Part shown: one piece after another, positions 25,057-25,670 of the stretch | Layout of the letters: every line of letters begins with the position of its first letter | How positions within the stretch are numbered: the first letter of the stretch is position 1 | Source of the DNA: a bacterium | GTDB lineage: Bacteria > Hydrothermota > 32-111 | DNA length: 25,670 bases | Direction: 5' to 3' | Assembly: GCA_050239825.1 (NCBI GenBank) | Contig: JBFXGO010000028.1 | Location: 5,799 to 31,468 of the forward strand | Made by a program: the position numbers and the translations under genes | Notes under the pieces: generated by a model | Told to the model about the DNA's origin: nothing | Seen by the model: the letters and a program-made list of their open reading frames with translations, nothing else | The model's database searches: none

Positions 25057-25641
25057 ATGTCTGATGATAATAGTTCAAACCTGATCCCGCCGCATGGCGG
25101 GTATCAGAAATTACAATCATACCAAATGTCTGAGATTGTTTACGATGCAACAGTAAAATTCTGTGCAAGATTTATTGATAAATTCTCAAGAACTACTGAC
25201 CAAATGGTTCAGGCGGCAAGAAGCGGAAAGCAGAATATTGCTGAGGGCTGTATGGCTTCAGGCACTTCAAAAAAGACAGAATTGAAACTGATGAATGTTG
25301 CAAGAGCGAGCTTAGAAGAATTACTGCTTGATTATCAGGATTATTTGAGACAGCATAATTTGCAATTATGGGGAAAAGATAATCTGAAAGCCAAAGAAAT
25401 CAGAGCAAAATGCTATGAAAAGGATAGGTCATATATGACTTATAAGACCTATATTGAAGATTCTTCAGCAGAGGTTTCAGCAAACACGATGATTTGCCTG
25501 ATTCATCAGGCAAACTATCTTCTTGACCAGCAGTTGAGAACATTAGAGAAAGAATTTCTTGAAAAAGGTGGATTCACCGAAAAACTTTATACCATGAGAA
25601 AGGAAAAAAGAAAAAAAGAAGAAGAAAATAAGAAAGAATAA
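25057..25641 (+). CDS. Four-helix-bundle protein with suffix domain (23S rRNA-IVP / Avd-related family)
   Basis: HGGYQKLQSYQ...YDATVKFC...DQMVQAARSGKQNIAEG...ELKLMNVARASLEELLLDYQDYLRQ...ANTMICLIHQANYLLDQQLRTLEKEFLEKGGFTEKLY. Start is the ATG at 25057 or the GTG at 25045. Confidence 0.88.
   Translation: MSDDNSSNLIPPHGGYQKLQSYQMSEIVYDATVKFCARFIDKFSRTTDQMVQAARSGKQNIAEGCMASGTSKKTELKLMNVARASLEELLLDYQDYLRQHNLQLWGKDNLKAKEIRAKCYEKDRSYMTYKTYIEDSSAEVSANTMICLIHQANYLLDQQLRTLEKEFLEKGGFTEKLYTMRKEKRKKEEENKKE
25424..25454. repeat. Degenerate 9-bp tandem units with dyad symmetry inside the four-helix-bundle gene
   Basis: GTCATATAT-GACTTATAA-GACCTATAT. Includes the palindrome GTCATATATGAC (25428-25439) and the IR ATAGGTC/GACCTAT. 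Confidence 0.6.
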
Positions 25642-25670
25642 GACAAATAAGTCAACAGGACATATATGAC
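25642..25670. repeat. Degenerate 8-9-bp tandem units just downstream of the four-helix-bundle gene
   Basis: GACAAATAA-GTCAACAG-GACATATAT-GAC, the same unit type as 25428-25454. Confidence 0.5.

Noticed and set aside
25045..25670. Diversity-generating retroelement implied by the Avd-like fold
   Set aside because: No reverse transcriptase and no TR/VR repeat pair in the window. It cannot be excluded beyond the right edge.

Overview
Bacterial DNA, moderately AT-rich, probably from a diderm (beta-barrel and lipoprotein genes). It contains five blocks. (1) 1-8036, minus strand: a signalling cluster behind two sigma54-like promoters. A REC protein is followed by an operon encoding a REC + degenerate HD-GYP protein, an MshEN-PilB/GspE ATPase fused to a C-terminal REC domain, a degenerate CheR-TPR protein, a degenerate REC-HisKA-HATPase, and an NtrC-type sigma54 activator that is truncated by the window edge. 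(2) 8405-15071, plus strand: an M3/M2-like peptidase lacking HExxH, a secreted TPR-like protein, an MBL-fold hydrolase, two stand-alone PDZ + multi-TM paralogues and a sensor kinase. (3) 15073-17497, minus strand: a sigma54-type envelope operon with two DxDGDG-repeat proteins, a beta-barrel and a lipoprotein. (4) An EamA/DMT transporter. (5) From about 18560 to the end, an AT-richer block: a HigBA-type toxin-antitoxin pair divergent from type I-C cas3-cas5-cas8c(+internal cas11)-cas7, then a four-helix-bundle gene with 9-bp repeats where cas4 is normally found. No CRISPR array, rRNA or tRNA is visible. All family calls come from reading motifs by eye, not from database searches.
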